A stretch of 64,000 nt of DNA from Octopus sinensis (GCF_006345805.1 NW_021833437.1:39237-103236), one strand, 5' to 3'. Positions 39,780-53,867 are shown, counted from the first letter of the stretch. Notes: generated by a model not told the origin, from the letters alone. Made by a program: numbers and translations.

Positions 39780-39898
39780 TATGTAGGTATATATGAACTT
39801 ATATACATGTATATGCATGCATGGCTGTATACATATATATGCATATATATATGTTTGTGTGTACACATATATATATACATACATATACGTAAATATTA

Positions 39899-39931
<33 letters not shown>

Positions 39932-39984
39932 GTCTATATATATATGTGTGTGTGTCTGTGTGTGTATATATGTATATATGTATG

Positions 39985-40015
<31 letters not shown>

Positions 40016-40025
40016 GTATATATAT

Positions 40026-40091
<66 letters not shown>

Positions 40092-40299
40092 AACTGACAA
40101 TAGACCGCATTCCCTACAGGCCGCCATAAAGTTCACGATGACATTTAACATATATAAATACGTGGATGTACTTAATGCTGTTGAAATATGTAATCCTCCA
40201 AAGTTTGCTCCCTAAATAAAAGACATTTGCGTAAAACCTTGAAATAGCTGATTGATTCAATGCGAAACTTGGCTATTTTCGGTCTGGTAGGAACATTTA

Positions 40300-40725
40300 T
40301 TTGTTGCTGGTGTTACTGTTGTTGATGCTGTAGTGAAATTTCGTGTTTTCGTTGTTGGTGGCGGCGATTGCGGTGGTAGTGGGGGGGCAGTGGTGGTGGT
40401 GGTGGTGGTGGTGGTGGTGATGGTGGTGGTGGTGGTGGCGGTGGAGGTGTTGGCGGTGGAGGTGGTGGTGGTGGTGATAGCGTTGGTGGTGGTGATAGCG
40501 TTGGTGGTGGTGGTAGTGGTGGTGGTGGTGGTGATGGCGTTGGTGGTGGTGGTGGTGATGGCATTGGTGATGGTGGTGGTCGTCGTCGTCGTCGTGATGG
40601 CGTTGGTGGTGGTGGTGGTGGTGGTGTGTGTGGTGGCGGCGGCAGTGGTGGTGTTGGTGGTGATAGTGGTGGTGGTGGCGGCGGTGGTGGTGGTGGTGGT
40701 GGTGGTGGTGGTGGTGGTGGTGAAG
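40300..40725. repeat. (GGT)n microsatellite
   Basis: Direct reading. Confidence 0.93.
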
Positions 40726-40971
40726 ATGCTTCATTGAATCATCTTGATGTTTCTTCTGCTAATAACGCTATGCCTGTTGTTTTTCTGTGTGTGTTTTTAG
40801 TGTTCGTTGCCTTTTATGAAGTGCACACACACACACACACACACACCACACACACACACACACACCACCACACACTCAAACAAACAAACAAACATATACA
40901 TATAAATATAAAGAAGTTCTACATCAATATAGATATAGATATAGACTTGCATACGCGTGTATATATATATA

Positions 40972-41012
<41 letters not shown>

Positions 41013-41460
41013 TAATATACATATATATATATATAACATATATATATATACATATATATATATATGTATGTATGTAGATATGTATGTATATAATATATAT
41101 ATATATATATATATATTAAGATATATTATATATATATATATTATATATTATATATTGCATGTATATGTATGTATGTATGTATGTGAAACTATACACACAT
41201 ACACACACAGATATCGTTGCTATGTCTATTAATTACTTTTTTGTGCGTGTGTGCGTGCTTTATTTTGTGAAAAGTATACATAAACAGGCGGTGCTCCAGC
41301 ATGGCCTCATTCAAATGAGTGAAACAAATAAAATAACAGAAGAACACATTAATATCAATTTATCTATCACTGTTCAATCTCTCTCTCTCTCTCTCTCTCT
41401 CCCTCTCTCTCTCTCTGTCACTCTCCTTTCTCTTTCATGTTCTCTATCCCATTTTCTCTC

Positions 41461-41531
<71 letters not shown>

Positions 41532-41535
41532 GTAA

Positions 41536-41599
<64 letters not shown>

Positions 41600-41924
41600 A
41601 TAGATAGATGGATATATTCATACATCTATACATACACACATTCCTATGAACAAACATACATACCTGCATATATATATATATATATTCATACATGCATACA
41701 TACTTCCATACATACATAGATGCATACGTGCATATATATACATATATACATATATGCACACGCACATTTCTATTAATAAACATACATACATGCACACTTA
41801 CATACATACATACACATATACATACATATATACATGCATACATACCTACATACGCACGTATGTACATTCATTTGCACGCGTCTGTAAGCAATTCAGTAAA
41901 CCACATGAAGCTATTTGATAGATT

Positions 41925-42320
41925 TGAATATTTGAAAATACAAGCAACGGAAAATGTCAGATCAAAGAAAGAAAGCAAATGCCAGATTCCTGCGTCTAGA
42001 GTGACTCGAATAAGGTTGGACCCTGTTTAGAAATATTATCAGATTATACAATGAGGATCAAAAATCCTTTTTTAAGGGCAATAGTAATTTTCATTGTATT
42101 TTAATCTGTGACAATGAACGGATGGTTAGAGGTTGAAATTGAGAAAACCATAATGGCCTTTGAAATGAAATGTTAGCGAATTATCCATTTGCATTACGTA
42201 TACAAAGCATCAAATTAAGAAATATTTTCGGCGAAATATGGCTGGGTGGGAGATATATTGTTTAAAGGTGGAAAAGGAAAGGGAGCGGTTTGGTTACATA
42301 ATAAGGTAAAACGGGACTAT
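41925..42320 (+). pseudogene. Highly decayed RTE-like LINE C-terminal fragment
   Basis: FEYL...TENVRSKKE.KC.I and EKTIMAFEMKC resemble RTE post-RT motifs (FxYLG, AFEMKCYRRIL). Confidence 0.55.
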
Positions 42321-42759
42321 TTTATGTAACGGATATGGACATTATAGGCACAGGTCTTACTGAGTAGCTAATATGAACCGTTTACAACTATGCGGTTTCC
42401 TATTCAATCTCATTGGGTGAGTAGCATCTACTATAGCCCTAGATGGCCCAATATGTTGTTGTAAGTAAATTAGGTAGAAGGAAACTGCGTGGAAGTCCAT
42501 CGTCTATTTATATATGTGAAAGCTTATGTTGTGTGTTATTGTATCAGGGTTTTTCTCCCAACTGCTCGACAAGTTATGTGTCTCATAACTTAGCTGTTCG
42601 GTTTAAGTGACAAATTAATACAACGAGAACTTCAAAAAAAGCATGGGGGGAGGTCTTATGAATTAAGAGTTTCACGTGTACGTTAATCAATACAAGCCAA
42701 GTTCATTTTTAGATATTTAATTTATTTTCTCTTTTTTTTCCCTTTTTTCACTCTAAGGA

Positions 42760-43689
<930 letters not shown>

Positions 43690-43860
43690 AATATATATTA
43701 TATATATATACATATATATATATATGTTGCAAGTATATTTAATAGGTGTATATGTATGGCTGTAGAGTTAATTAGTTCAGTAGATTTGAAAAAATTATGA
43801 TGTATAAACAAGAGACATATAATTGATTGCCTCGTGTTTATATATTTAATCTGAGGTGTA

Positions 43861-43932
43861 CCTGTTGATAACGATTTCACCTAGCAAATTTTCTTATTTG
43901 CTAAACTAAAATCAGAAACCAATTGGTCCAGG
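43861..43932 (+). ncRNA. Decayed type-I hammerhead with extended stem II
   Basis: cctg TTGATAA c gattt..tagcaaat/atttgcta..aaatc a GAAA ccaattgg TC cagg; two substitutions from CTGATGA. Confidence 0.55.
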
Positions 43933-44094
43933 AAACTAGATAGTAATTTTTATTTTACGTTTCGTTCCTTTCGGAATTTTATCCCTAATTTTGTGGTTTT
44001 AGAACCTAGCTGTTCTTTCTTGCGTGAGGAGTCTCATGAGTGGATTCCTCTTATGCGTATAAATGTACACTGCATTTTATGAGTAATATATATA

Positions 44095-44133
<39 letters not shown>

Positions 44134-44420
44134 TGGCAGCAACTACAACAACGAAGGCGAAAGCGCTTACGGTTTCATATCGTAGGAAACAACATAGACA
44201 CTCGAAATGTTTGTAAAAGAGAACGACAACGATACAACAGCAATAAACTGCAACAATAAGATCTCCAGATAATTGAATCCGTATAATTGGGTGCATTGCG
44301 GTTAAAAATGGCTAAAGCTTCCTTATACGCGATCTGGAATACACTGGGATAACCCCGAGCATTATAGGTACTGTATTGTATTCTCTCTCAGACTTTACCA
44401 AAATATACCGATGTTTTGAC

Positions 44421-44496
<76 letters not shown>

Positions 44497-45725
44497 CATA
44501 CATATATACATATGCATAAAGATATATATGTGTATGTGTGTACGAATATATTTTCGTACGTGCATGTATTTTTTTTAACGATTATTTTCCCCCAGATATT
44601 ATTATGCTTTGCACAATCAAATGCACTTAGTTAATAATAGGAATAATGTGGTTATACTTTTGATATTACTGGCGGTAGTGTAATTTGGTGCTCTCCAATG
44701 TTTTGAGTCAATAAAGGATGAAAAGTTGCACATTAAAATCTTCTCTTTTTTTCTATAAGTTATTCTTTGTTGATGGTGAACGACCTTTCTGTTTCATTTT
44801 TGTTTGTATGTGTGCATTTCATTTTTGTCTGTTTGTTTCTTCGTGTGTATATGTATACATATATGTGTATGCATGCTTGTGTGTGTGACTTTTGTATTAT
44901 AGTTTTAAAGGTATTTAACAAAACTCACAATACTTAACGCCTGTATATTTAGGGAGATTAAATAAAATAAAACTAGATAAATGCATGGTTATATTATGAA
45001 TAATAAATAAGATTATTTTCGTTCAATATTCACAATACACGATTTATCACCAAAGAATTTTCTAATGTTTTTCTCATAAAAAAAATAGGAGAAAAATTAT
45101 GATGTAGAGAAAAAAGTCATTAATATGATAATGACGACAGCGTTTAGGTAGATTTAGTTTGGCTGTAAACCGAAAAAGTGCACTTCGGTCGTTCGTTACA
45201 GATTCTTTCAAACCAGTTCGAAACCAGTGTAGGTCAACTTCTCGTTTCGTCTTCCTGAGAACGATAAAATAGATAATATTCAGAAACTAGAGTCTGTCTT
45301 AATCGACTTTTCACTACCTTTCCTTCAGTTTGAACACTTCATGCTTATTTCATGAATGAAAAATATGGTTTTGTAAAAATTGTTAAATACAAATATGGTA
45401 GAGTCTCACATACGTAATATATAGTGGATTGAAAATCTTTGATCAAGTGTGTTTATCCATGTAATAAATTGACAAAACCCACTCAATAAGCGAATGGATG
45501 AAGATTTTAAACAGTTGATAAAAATGTTTGGTGAGTATATACAAGCACCCGCCGCTTTGTAACAATAAGAAAATATCAGGTAAGTTTATCTGGGTCACAC
45601 CAACTTTTTCCCCAAAATTCGAATGATATATTTCCAAAACTTTCTAAAGTATTACATAATAAGCCGCTTCCTCAGAAAACTCTTCAACAAAACTGGGTTT
45701 CGAATTGCACCTTGAAGTTAAAATT

Positions 45726-46220
45726 TCTATATCCATAAACGGTAAAATGTCTGTGTATCTGTGTGCCTAAGTGTCCATTATACAAATCTAGGTTTTCACA
45801 TAAAAAGCTCGCATTTTCTATGGGCTTTCAAAACTGTGTGAGGGTGGTCGTGAAGATCTTTTCATTTCCCCAGTCACCCCAGAATGCCATTAAAAATCGA
45901 TAAACTTATGCCCATAAGTTATTTTGCAGTCAAATTCGAGTTTTTCACTTTCTTCTGCTTCCTTTGTTGTCCGACTAATGGCATGTGCACAGTCCCGCTA
46001 ATTTTCCATGATTATGCCGTTCCAGATGTGAAAACCAAAGTCCAATGAATATTAATTACTCTCATAAAAAGCTCCAACTAGCTCATAAACAATAAAACTG
46101 GACCGGGCCGAAATGTGATAAGAAACTTAGCTCTTGATTTAGTGAGAAATTTTTACTGCGACCCGGAAACGAACAACAAGCACTAGCACTAGACCCGGCA
46201 ACGCCGGGTCATAGCGCTAG
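45726..46220 (+). mobile_element. Non-autonomous Helitron-like element
   Basis: 5' TC(tatatccataaacgg); 3' GC-rich hairpin acccggc-aac-gccgggt, then CTAG (46217-20) followed by T. Confidence 0.7.
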
Positions 46221-46722
46221 TATATATACTACAGAAGCCAAGAAATTTAATAAAGGTTAAATTTACATCCTGAAACAATAATGCATGCCAGTACGATCAG
46301 AAATATCATGCAGAATCGATTATATAAGATGCAGAAATAAGGTGGACAAAGCCAAGCCACACCATATATAGAAAAAAATTCTATTCAAAGAAGCAGAACT
46401 CATTATTGTTTTATTCTTAGCTCTTAAAAGAATTAGATAATTGCTTAGACATTAAATGGAAAATACCCAAAATAATTCCGTAGATAAATGGATATAAAAT
46501 GTGCGAATTATGTACAGCAGCGAAACGAGGAAACTTGAATACCATCTACTATACTGGTTATTATCTACAAACAAGATCGGAACATTCTACGAGGTGCAAC
46601 CATTTCCACAAGTGCGTTTGAAGTGTAAAGTAACCCAGATGAAACAGATTAACATTGACTTATCACACACTCCACATTTACTCATTTGTTTTATCAACTA
46701 CTTTTGCCACAACATTCTAAAC

Positions 46723-46809
46723 CAGTGGTTCCTAACCTGGAGTGCGCGGACCCCTGGTGGTCCGCAAAGGTAGTACTGAGAGCCACTGTGAAAAGGCTGG
46801 GAACCTCTG
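46723..46809. mobile_element. Small hAT-type MITE
   Basis: TIR cagtggttcctaacct / aggctgggaacctctg; degenerate 8-bp TSD ttctaaac / ctctaaag. Confidence 0.7.
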
Positions 46810-47405
46810 CTCTAAAGAGAATTAATTTTTTTTTACTATACTATAATATAACTTTCTTCAGGAACTCTTCCATATTTTTTTCTTACCATAAGAATAATTT
46901 CTGAAATTCTGCCACATAATTTTGTTGACTTCATTATTTTCATTTATTTCTAGAAAATCTAAAGGAAATTGCCCAGATCAGCCAAAAAGGCTAAAAATAT
47001 CTGTATATTTTGAAGAACTCAGATTCACAAAATCCTGATAGAAGCCATTCGAACATCATGAAAATTTATATTCATGCGTGTTACTGCGTTTCAATCGAAG
47101 ATCGATTGTCACATATATTTTTATGATTGAGTGGGCGTGTTATGATTTTAATGAAACTATTAGCAACGGTGTGTACGATATATTTATATACGTGAGTGCG
47201 AACGTGTGTATATATGCATGTATGTATGTATGTATATATGTATTTATGTATGTGTATGTATACACACACACACTCACATATAAATATAGGTATGGATAGA
47301 TATAGATATAGATATGAACATAAATATATGTATACATGTATATAAATATATCTATCCCCCAATATATATGCATATAATATTTACATATTAATATATATAT
47401 AAATA

Positions 47406-47444
<39 letters not shown>

Positions 47445-47445
47445 G

Positions 47446-47491
<46 letters not shown>

Positions 47492-48197
47492 ATATATATA
47501 TCAAATATATCTATGTATATGTATAACTTGTATATAAACAATATGCATACTACACACATACATATATAGATATATATATATATATTTTTTGTATATACTT
47601 GTATTTGGACGTTTATGAGAAGAGTGTTCATAGCTTAATGGAAATCTGCACAGATGTGAGCTGCCTTCGCGTGGCAGTTAATGAAAGTCCAATAAACTCT
47701 ACGGTATACATTCTATCATTGCTTCGTTTGTAAAGATATATATATATAAATACCTCGTTATTCATCTGGGTCTGTCACCACTTATGCACATGATAATATG
47801 CAAGTCATACCTATTAACATAGACACACACACAGACTAAGACAAACACTTAGAAAAATGTACACAAATATAAAAGCGATTTACATACACATGTATATATA
47901 TATATATATATGTGTGTGTATATATTTATAATATACATATGTGCAAATGAATGAAAGAACCAGTTGAAAAGTGTGTGTGTGTACATGTATGTGTGTGTGT
48001 GTGCGCGCTTGTGTGTGTGTATTTGAGCAGTTCGCGTATGTGTATGTGTATGTGTATATCCTTTCGTGCGTGTCTATTGCTTTCCGGTTTAACATCCGAG
48101 CGAAAGATGATGGATTGAATATCAAAAAGTGTTATTCTCTACGCGTTGTGATACTTATTTAATGCTTATTTGAAAACACTTTGCAATGTCGATGCGT

Positions 48198-48229
<32 letters not shown>

Positions 48230-48320
48230 GAACAAAAACATATTTGTATATATATACACATATACATATATACCTATATCTATATGTGTGTGTATGTGTG
48301 TGTACGTATATATATATATT

Positions 48321-49454
48321 GGTTTTGTTTTGTTGTTTATTTTTTATTTTTACCGTTATTGTTTTTACGTTTTTGTATTCTTATTGGTGTCACGTATTCT
48401 GTATTTTTGTTTGTGTACTTCGATCGTTTTCCGTCCTTTCGTTGTATACATTCGAAGCTTCTTCCAGGGGATCTAATGCGCTTGGCTTAGATTTCCATTG
48501 GCGGGCTGGCCATATCGGAGCAATCTCAAGATTAATCAGCCGAAATTGCTAAGATGATCTGGTTCTTGACTGATGACTGAGGGCTTCGAATGTCCCGATC
48601 CTGTGGTTCTTGTGTCGTCTCTGTGGTGTTTCATGTTCTTGTCCATGTCTGTATTTAATTTTACTGTTTACCTATATAATCGGCGGCTACGTATCCACAA
48701 TTGTCCTTATACGATAAGTATATTTTTTTCTCAAGCTTTGATACGACTCTTAATCTGTCTCTTTTTCTCTCTCTCTCCCCCTCCCTTATTCCACCACTTC
48801 CGTTCTTTCCCTCTCCATCCGTCCCCCCCCCCTTTCTACGTTTCTCTATCTCTCTCACCTCCAGCCCCCTCGATCTGTCTCTTCTCTCTCCTCCCTCGTC
48901 CACTTCTCTCCCTTTTCATCTGTCCCTTTCTCCTGTCTTTTGTTCTCACGTGACAGCTAGCCGCTGTTGAGCGCTCTTTTCGTTTTCAGCAGCCTCAGAA
49001 GCAACACGGATTTGTTCGTCTCCCGTGGCTTTAGGCACAACTTCACAAGCCAGCCCCTACTCAAATCGTCCTGTCGAAAGACCCTTGTCCTACGTCCTGG
49101 TTTTGTTTTGTTGTTATTTTTTTATTTTACCGTTATTGTTTTTACGTTTTGTATTCTTATTGGTGTCACGTATTCTGTATTTTGTTTGTGTACTTCGATC
49201 GTTTTCCGTCCTTTCGTTGTATACACATTCGAACTTTCTTCCAGGGGATCTAATGCGCTTGGCTTAGATTTCCCTTGGCGGGCTGGCCATATCGGAGCAA
49301 TCTCAAGATTAATCAGCCGAAATTGCTAAGATGATCTGGTTCTTGACTGATGACTGAGGGCTTCGAATGTCCCGTCCTGTGGTTCTTGTGTCGTCTCTGT
49401 GGTGTTTCATGTTCTTGTCCATGTCTGTATTTAATTTTACTGTTTACCTATATA
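48321..49454. mobile_element. Element with about 355-bp direct terminal repeats (Penelope pLTR-like), flanked by (TA)n
   Basis: 48321-48678 and 49099-49454 are near identical (period 778 bp); a diverged inverted partial copy lies at 49520-49610. Confidence 0.75.
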
Positions 49455-49483
49455 TATATATATATATGTATATATACACACAC

Positions 49484-49520
<37 letters not shown>

Positions 49521-49719
49521 AAATGGGACAAGAACGCAAAACATTCAAATAGACGATACAAAAAACACGGACGGGTCATTCGAAGCCTCTAATCTTCAGT
49601 CAAGAACTGGATATATATATACGAATGCATGTATGTATGAATGTATTTGAGAAATTTTTCTACCAGTGGCTAGCATACATATAATAGTCAACAGACATTT
49701 TTTTCATATAAAATTAGTA

Positions 49720-50055
49720 TAAGTTTATACACAAAAGAGGTGACCCTAAATAGGACACCTTACATGCTAAAAGGAACAGTCAGAAATCAAACCACCGTTA
49801 AGAGTAATTTCGAAGGTAATGAAGAATAAAAATATTTTCAATAGTTACCACTTGTACTTAATGAACAAAATTTTATTTTATTTCATTTGTTCATCAATGT
49901 GTGAAACCTAGGTAGAAGTGGTAACTATTGAAAATGTTTTTATTTTTCATCCTCTTCGAAATTACTCTTAACCGTGGTTTGGGCTTTGACTGCTCCTTTT
50001 AGCATGTAAAGTGTCCTATTTAGGGTCACCTTTTGTGTATAAATGGACACTAATA
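49720..50055. repeat. About 130-bp inverted repeat enclosing a decayed hammerhead-like motif
   Basis: ggtgaccctaaataggacac...caatagttaccactt versus aagtggtaactattg...gtgtcctatttagggtcacc; centre contains GAAA cctagg TA. Confidence 0.85.
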
Positions 50056-50075
50056 TAATATATCAATATATATAG

Positions 50076-50113
<38 letters not shown>

Positions 50114-50124
50114 CTATATATAGT

Positions 50125-50549
50125 AATAATAAATCTCTGAACGAGGTGTAAACAGTAACTGCACGACAACGTGAAGTATAATTGCCACTTAAATGTGGCT
50201 AACCACTTAGGGTGGATGCTACTGGAGCTTCTAGCCCCAGGAGCTTCTAGCCCCAGGAGAACATCTTCTCCAGCTGGCTATTGACACACTTTTTGTGCTC
50301 TGTCAGTATTTGGAAAGGGAAGCCATCCTTCCCATCGCCGACCTGACGTGATATGCACGGACCCGAGTTTCTGGGTATTTACCAGTCGTCAGCGCACGAC
50401 AATCACCGGTCTTCGATGCGAAGGGGTCCCAATGCAAACACATATATCCTTTTTCCAGTGACGAAAAGTCACTGATCTCGAAAAAGTGTAAACAAGAAAT
50501 AATAAACCTCTGAACGAGGTATAAACAGTAGCGGCACGACAACGTGAAG
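50125..50549 (-). mobile_element. 373-bp retrozyme/pLTR-like monomer bounded by 52-bp direct repeats
   Basis: aataataaa.ctctgaacgaggt.taaacagta...gcacgacaacgtgaag at 50125-50176 and 50498-50549; hammerhead inside. Confidence 0.7.
50355..50397 (-). ncRNA. Minimal type-I hammerhead ribozyme, intact core
   Basis: Minus strand: gtgcg CTGACGA c tgg-taaatac-cca GAAA ctcggg TC cgtgc; 5-bp stem I (2 G:U), GUC site. Confidence 0.72.
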
Positions 50550-50639
50550 GGTGTGGATGTTGGTGGTGGTGATTATAAATTCTCTGTTGTTAATGCTTAA
50601 GCTCATACAAAATTCTAAAAAGCAAAATGCAACCGAAGT

Positions 50640-51101
50640 CACTGAAAAAATATTATCCAGCGCAAGACTATATCCATTAACAACAGAGCCAAAAGTGAAA
50701 ACATGTTGTCGTCCTAACTGTGGAACATGCCCCCACCTTTTGGAGGGTTTAGAATTCCACTTTCAACAAGGTGAAATATTTAAGATCAAATCAAATTTCA
50801 CCTGTGCCTCGGAAAATTTGATCTATGCCATGACATGCTTAGGGTGTGGTAACAACTATTTTGGGTAAACAGGAATATCACTCCGTCGAAGAGCCACTAT
50901 CCACAAAGAACAAATCCGCCACCCTCAATACACACAGTTACAGGTTAGTGAACACATAGAAATGTGTGCTAGGAATCTTAATCCTAATTTCCAAATTTTC
51001 CCCTCTATCAGTGTTCACAGAACACCTCAATGCAACAAAGAATGAATAAAGATGCAACTTTCATCAATAAACATCTTCTCCAACAAAATATAAACGCTTA
51101 A
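50640..51101 (+). pseudogene. Penelope-like element GIY-YIG endonuclease relic
   Basis: CCRPNCGTCPH...FTCASENLIYAMTCLGCGNNYFG*TGISLRRRATIHKEQIRH...VSEHIEMC...RMNKDATFINK: LIY/YFG with CxxC and LRxRxxxH; one stop, one frameshift. Confidence 0.9.
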
Positions 51102-51276
51102 CATAATACAGAACACTTTCAATTAATACCATTAACCCCCATACATCCCTTACACCATTCACATTTCAATTCTATATCTAACCTAATTGCACCAAATCCA
51201 GAACTACTTACCTCCCTTAAAATAATCTTTTTACTTAGGAACTATTAGACTTGACACCGTTCATTAATCGGAGTGC

Positions 51277-51323
51277 ATTCAAAGCAATGAATAATGATTT
51301 ACGAAACCGCGGTATGCTTGAAT
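51277..51323 (+). ncRNA. Decayed minimal hammerhead in the pLTR downstream of the GIY-YIG ORF
   Basis: attcaa(a)gca ATGAATA atgatttac GAAA ccgcgg TA tgcttgaat; palindromic stem III, two core substitutions. Confidence 0.6.
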
Positions 51324-51489
51324 CTCTTTAATAATCTCACAATAATGAATTTTATTACTTTTATTGCTACCTCAGTTCTCCTAATTGTATATATCTTTCG
51401 TTATTTTTTCATAAAAAGCCTTTACTTTTTTATTTACAATGTTCATTTTCGTTCATTTTTCTTACTTCCTCTTATATATATATATACGT

Positions 51490-51620
51490 AACTAAGCCCT
51501 TCGGGAAAAGAGTACGACAGAATAAGTATTAGGCTTACAAAGAATAAGTTCTGGGGTCGATTTGTTCGACGAAAGGCGGTGCTCCAGCATGGCCACAGTC
51601 AAATGATTGAAACAAGAAAA
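51490..51620 (+). mobile_element. SINE family 1, 3' fragment
   Basis: Family tail. Confidence 0.8.
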
Positions 51621-51660
51621 AAATATTTGATACAAAACAAATATTATATATATATAATAA

Positions 51661-52097
51661 GCGCAGGAGTGGCTGTGTAGTAAGAAGTCTACTAACGAAC
51701 CACATGGTTCCGGGTTCAGTCCCACTGTGTGGCACCTTGGGCAAGTTTCTTCCACTATAGTCTCGGGCGGACGAAAGCCTTGGGAGGGTGATTGATGATA
51801 GACAGAACTGAAAGCCCGTCCTCATATATATATATATATATATTATATTATATATAATATATATATATATATATATGTGTGCGTGTGTGTGTGTGGTGCG
51901 TGTATTTGTCTTTGTTTCCAACATCACTCGACAGCCGATGCTGGTGTGTTTACGTCCCCGTAACCTAGTAGTTCGGCAAAAGTTACCGATAGAGTAAGTA
52001 CTAGGCTTACAAAGATTAAGTCCTGATGTCGATTTGCTCGACTAAAGGCGGTGCTCCAGCATGGCCTCAGTCAAATAACTGAAACAAGTAAAAGAAT
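51661..52097 (+). mobile_element. SINE family 1, full length
   Basis: Family head and tail. Confidence 0.9.
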
Positions 52098-52210
52098 ATA
52101 TTATATACACACACAGACACACACTTACACACACATACATAATACATACATACATACATACATACATACATACATACGTACATACATACATACATACATA
52201 CATACATACA

Positions 52211-52625
52211 TACTCTCTTTTACTCTCTTTTACTTGTTTCAGTCATTTGACTGCGGCCATGCTGGAGCACCGCCTTTTAATCGAGCAACTCGATCCCGGG
52301 ACTTATTCTTTTGTAAGCCCAGTACTTATTCTATCAGTCTCTTTTGCCGAACCGCTAAGTAACGGGGACATAAATACACCAGCATCGGTTGTCAAGCAAT
52401 GCTAGGGGGACAAACACAGACACACAAACACACACACGCATATATATATATACATATATACGACGGGCTTCTTTCAGTTTCCGTCAACCAAATCCACTCA
52501 CAAGGCATTGGTCGGCCCGAAGCTATAGTAGAAGACACTTGCCCAAGGTGCCACGCAGTGGGACTGAACCCGCAACCATGTGGTTTGTTAGCAAGCTACT
52601 TACCACACAGCCACTCCTGCGCCTA
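52211..52625 (-). mobile_element. SINE family 1, full length, well preserved
   Basis: Family head and tail; inverted relative to 51661-52097. Confidence 0.92.
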
Positions 52626-53064
52626 TACGTACATACATATGCGTGTGTTGTTTGTGTTTAAGTTCGTACATATATTCGTATGTAGTGCGTATACATGTCG
52701 CTATACGATTTTGCATGGCCTGCATACATCGAAATAAGTATATACGCGTATATGAGTGCGATGTATTTGTATACAGAAGGCGCACGTGAGTAAATAGGGC
52801 AACTTGAAGGGGGAAGTGTGTCAAAATAATTGGTACGTTTAACAACAATATATACGTCTTCTCGGATAACGGGGGTAAAGTCGTCTCTCATGGGTGGGTA
52901 GGGCGGTAGGTTGGTTGGTGGCTTGCTTGCTTGGTAGTGGTGAGGGTAGGTAACTGCTTAGGTATGCAGTCGGGGATGTAGCAGGGTTTGTTAGAATGGT
53001 TGCTTTGCTGAGTCCTGGTGGTATGTGTATATATGTGTGTATGTGCGTATGCGTGTGTGTAAAC

Positions 53065-53141
<77 letters not shown>

Positions 53142-53391
53142 GTGTAAATTGTGTGTATACATGTGTTTGTATTTATGCATGTATTATTTACATATGTGTG
53201 TGTGTACGCATACATATATACGTACACACTTGCATATGTATATGTGTGTGTGTTTACAATATATTAAGAGAAAAAACAGTGATATAAACAGAAAGAGAAG
53301 GGGAAAGAAAACGAGAGAAAAGAGATAGACAGGGAGAGAGATTGCATTGCTTCATACATATGTATGTATGTATATATACACACATATATTT

Positions 53392-53467
<76 letters not shown>

Positions 53468-53639
53468 ATATTATGATATATGACTGGAACACGTAAACAA
53501 TGTTTTAATACAAAAAATAAAATATATATACATTCACAATCACACCAACAAACCCACACAAACATATTTACATAATACATATTTACATACATACATACTT
53601 GTGTGTATGTGCGTCTGCGTATATATATACATGTTTTTT

Positions 53640-53790
53640 CAAATCCTCTCTGTTTATTTCCTCTTTTTTTTTTTTTTTCAAGAGCATAGGCTCGAAACGT
53701 AAAAGACTTAATCATTTTTCCCCAGCGTCAAATTAGTACACTTGCTTGTAGTTCATACACTTGTCTTCGTCTTTCGTTTTTCTATATATT
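53640..53790 (+). repeat. Short Penelope-pLTR-like repeat (copy 2)
   Basis: agagcataggctcgaaacgtaaaagac; similar to 20225-20400. Confidence 0.6.
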
Positions 53791-53804
53791 TCTATATATT
53801 TTTC

Positions 53805-53865
<61 letters not shown>

Positions 53866-53867
53866 AT

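Noticed and set aside
40241-40280. gaaatag-CTGATTGA...GAAAC-ttgg-ctattttc hammerhead-like string
   Set aside because: Core has an extra base, there is no stem II, and there is no UH site in register.
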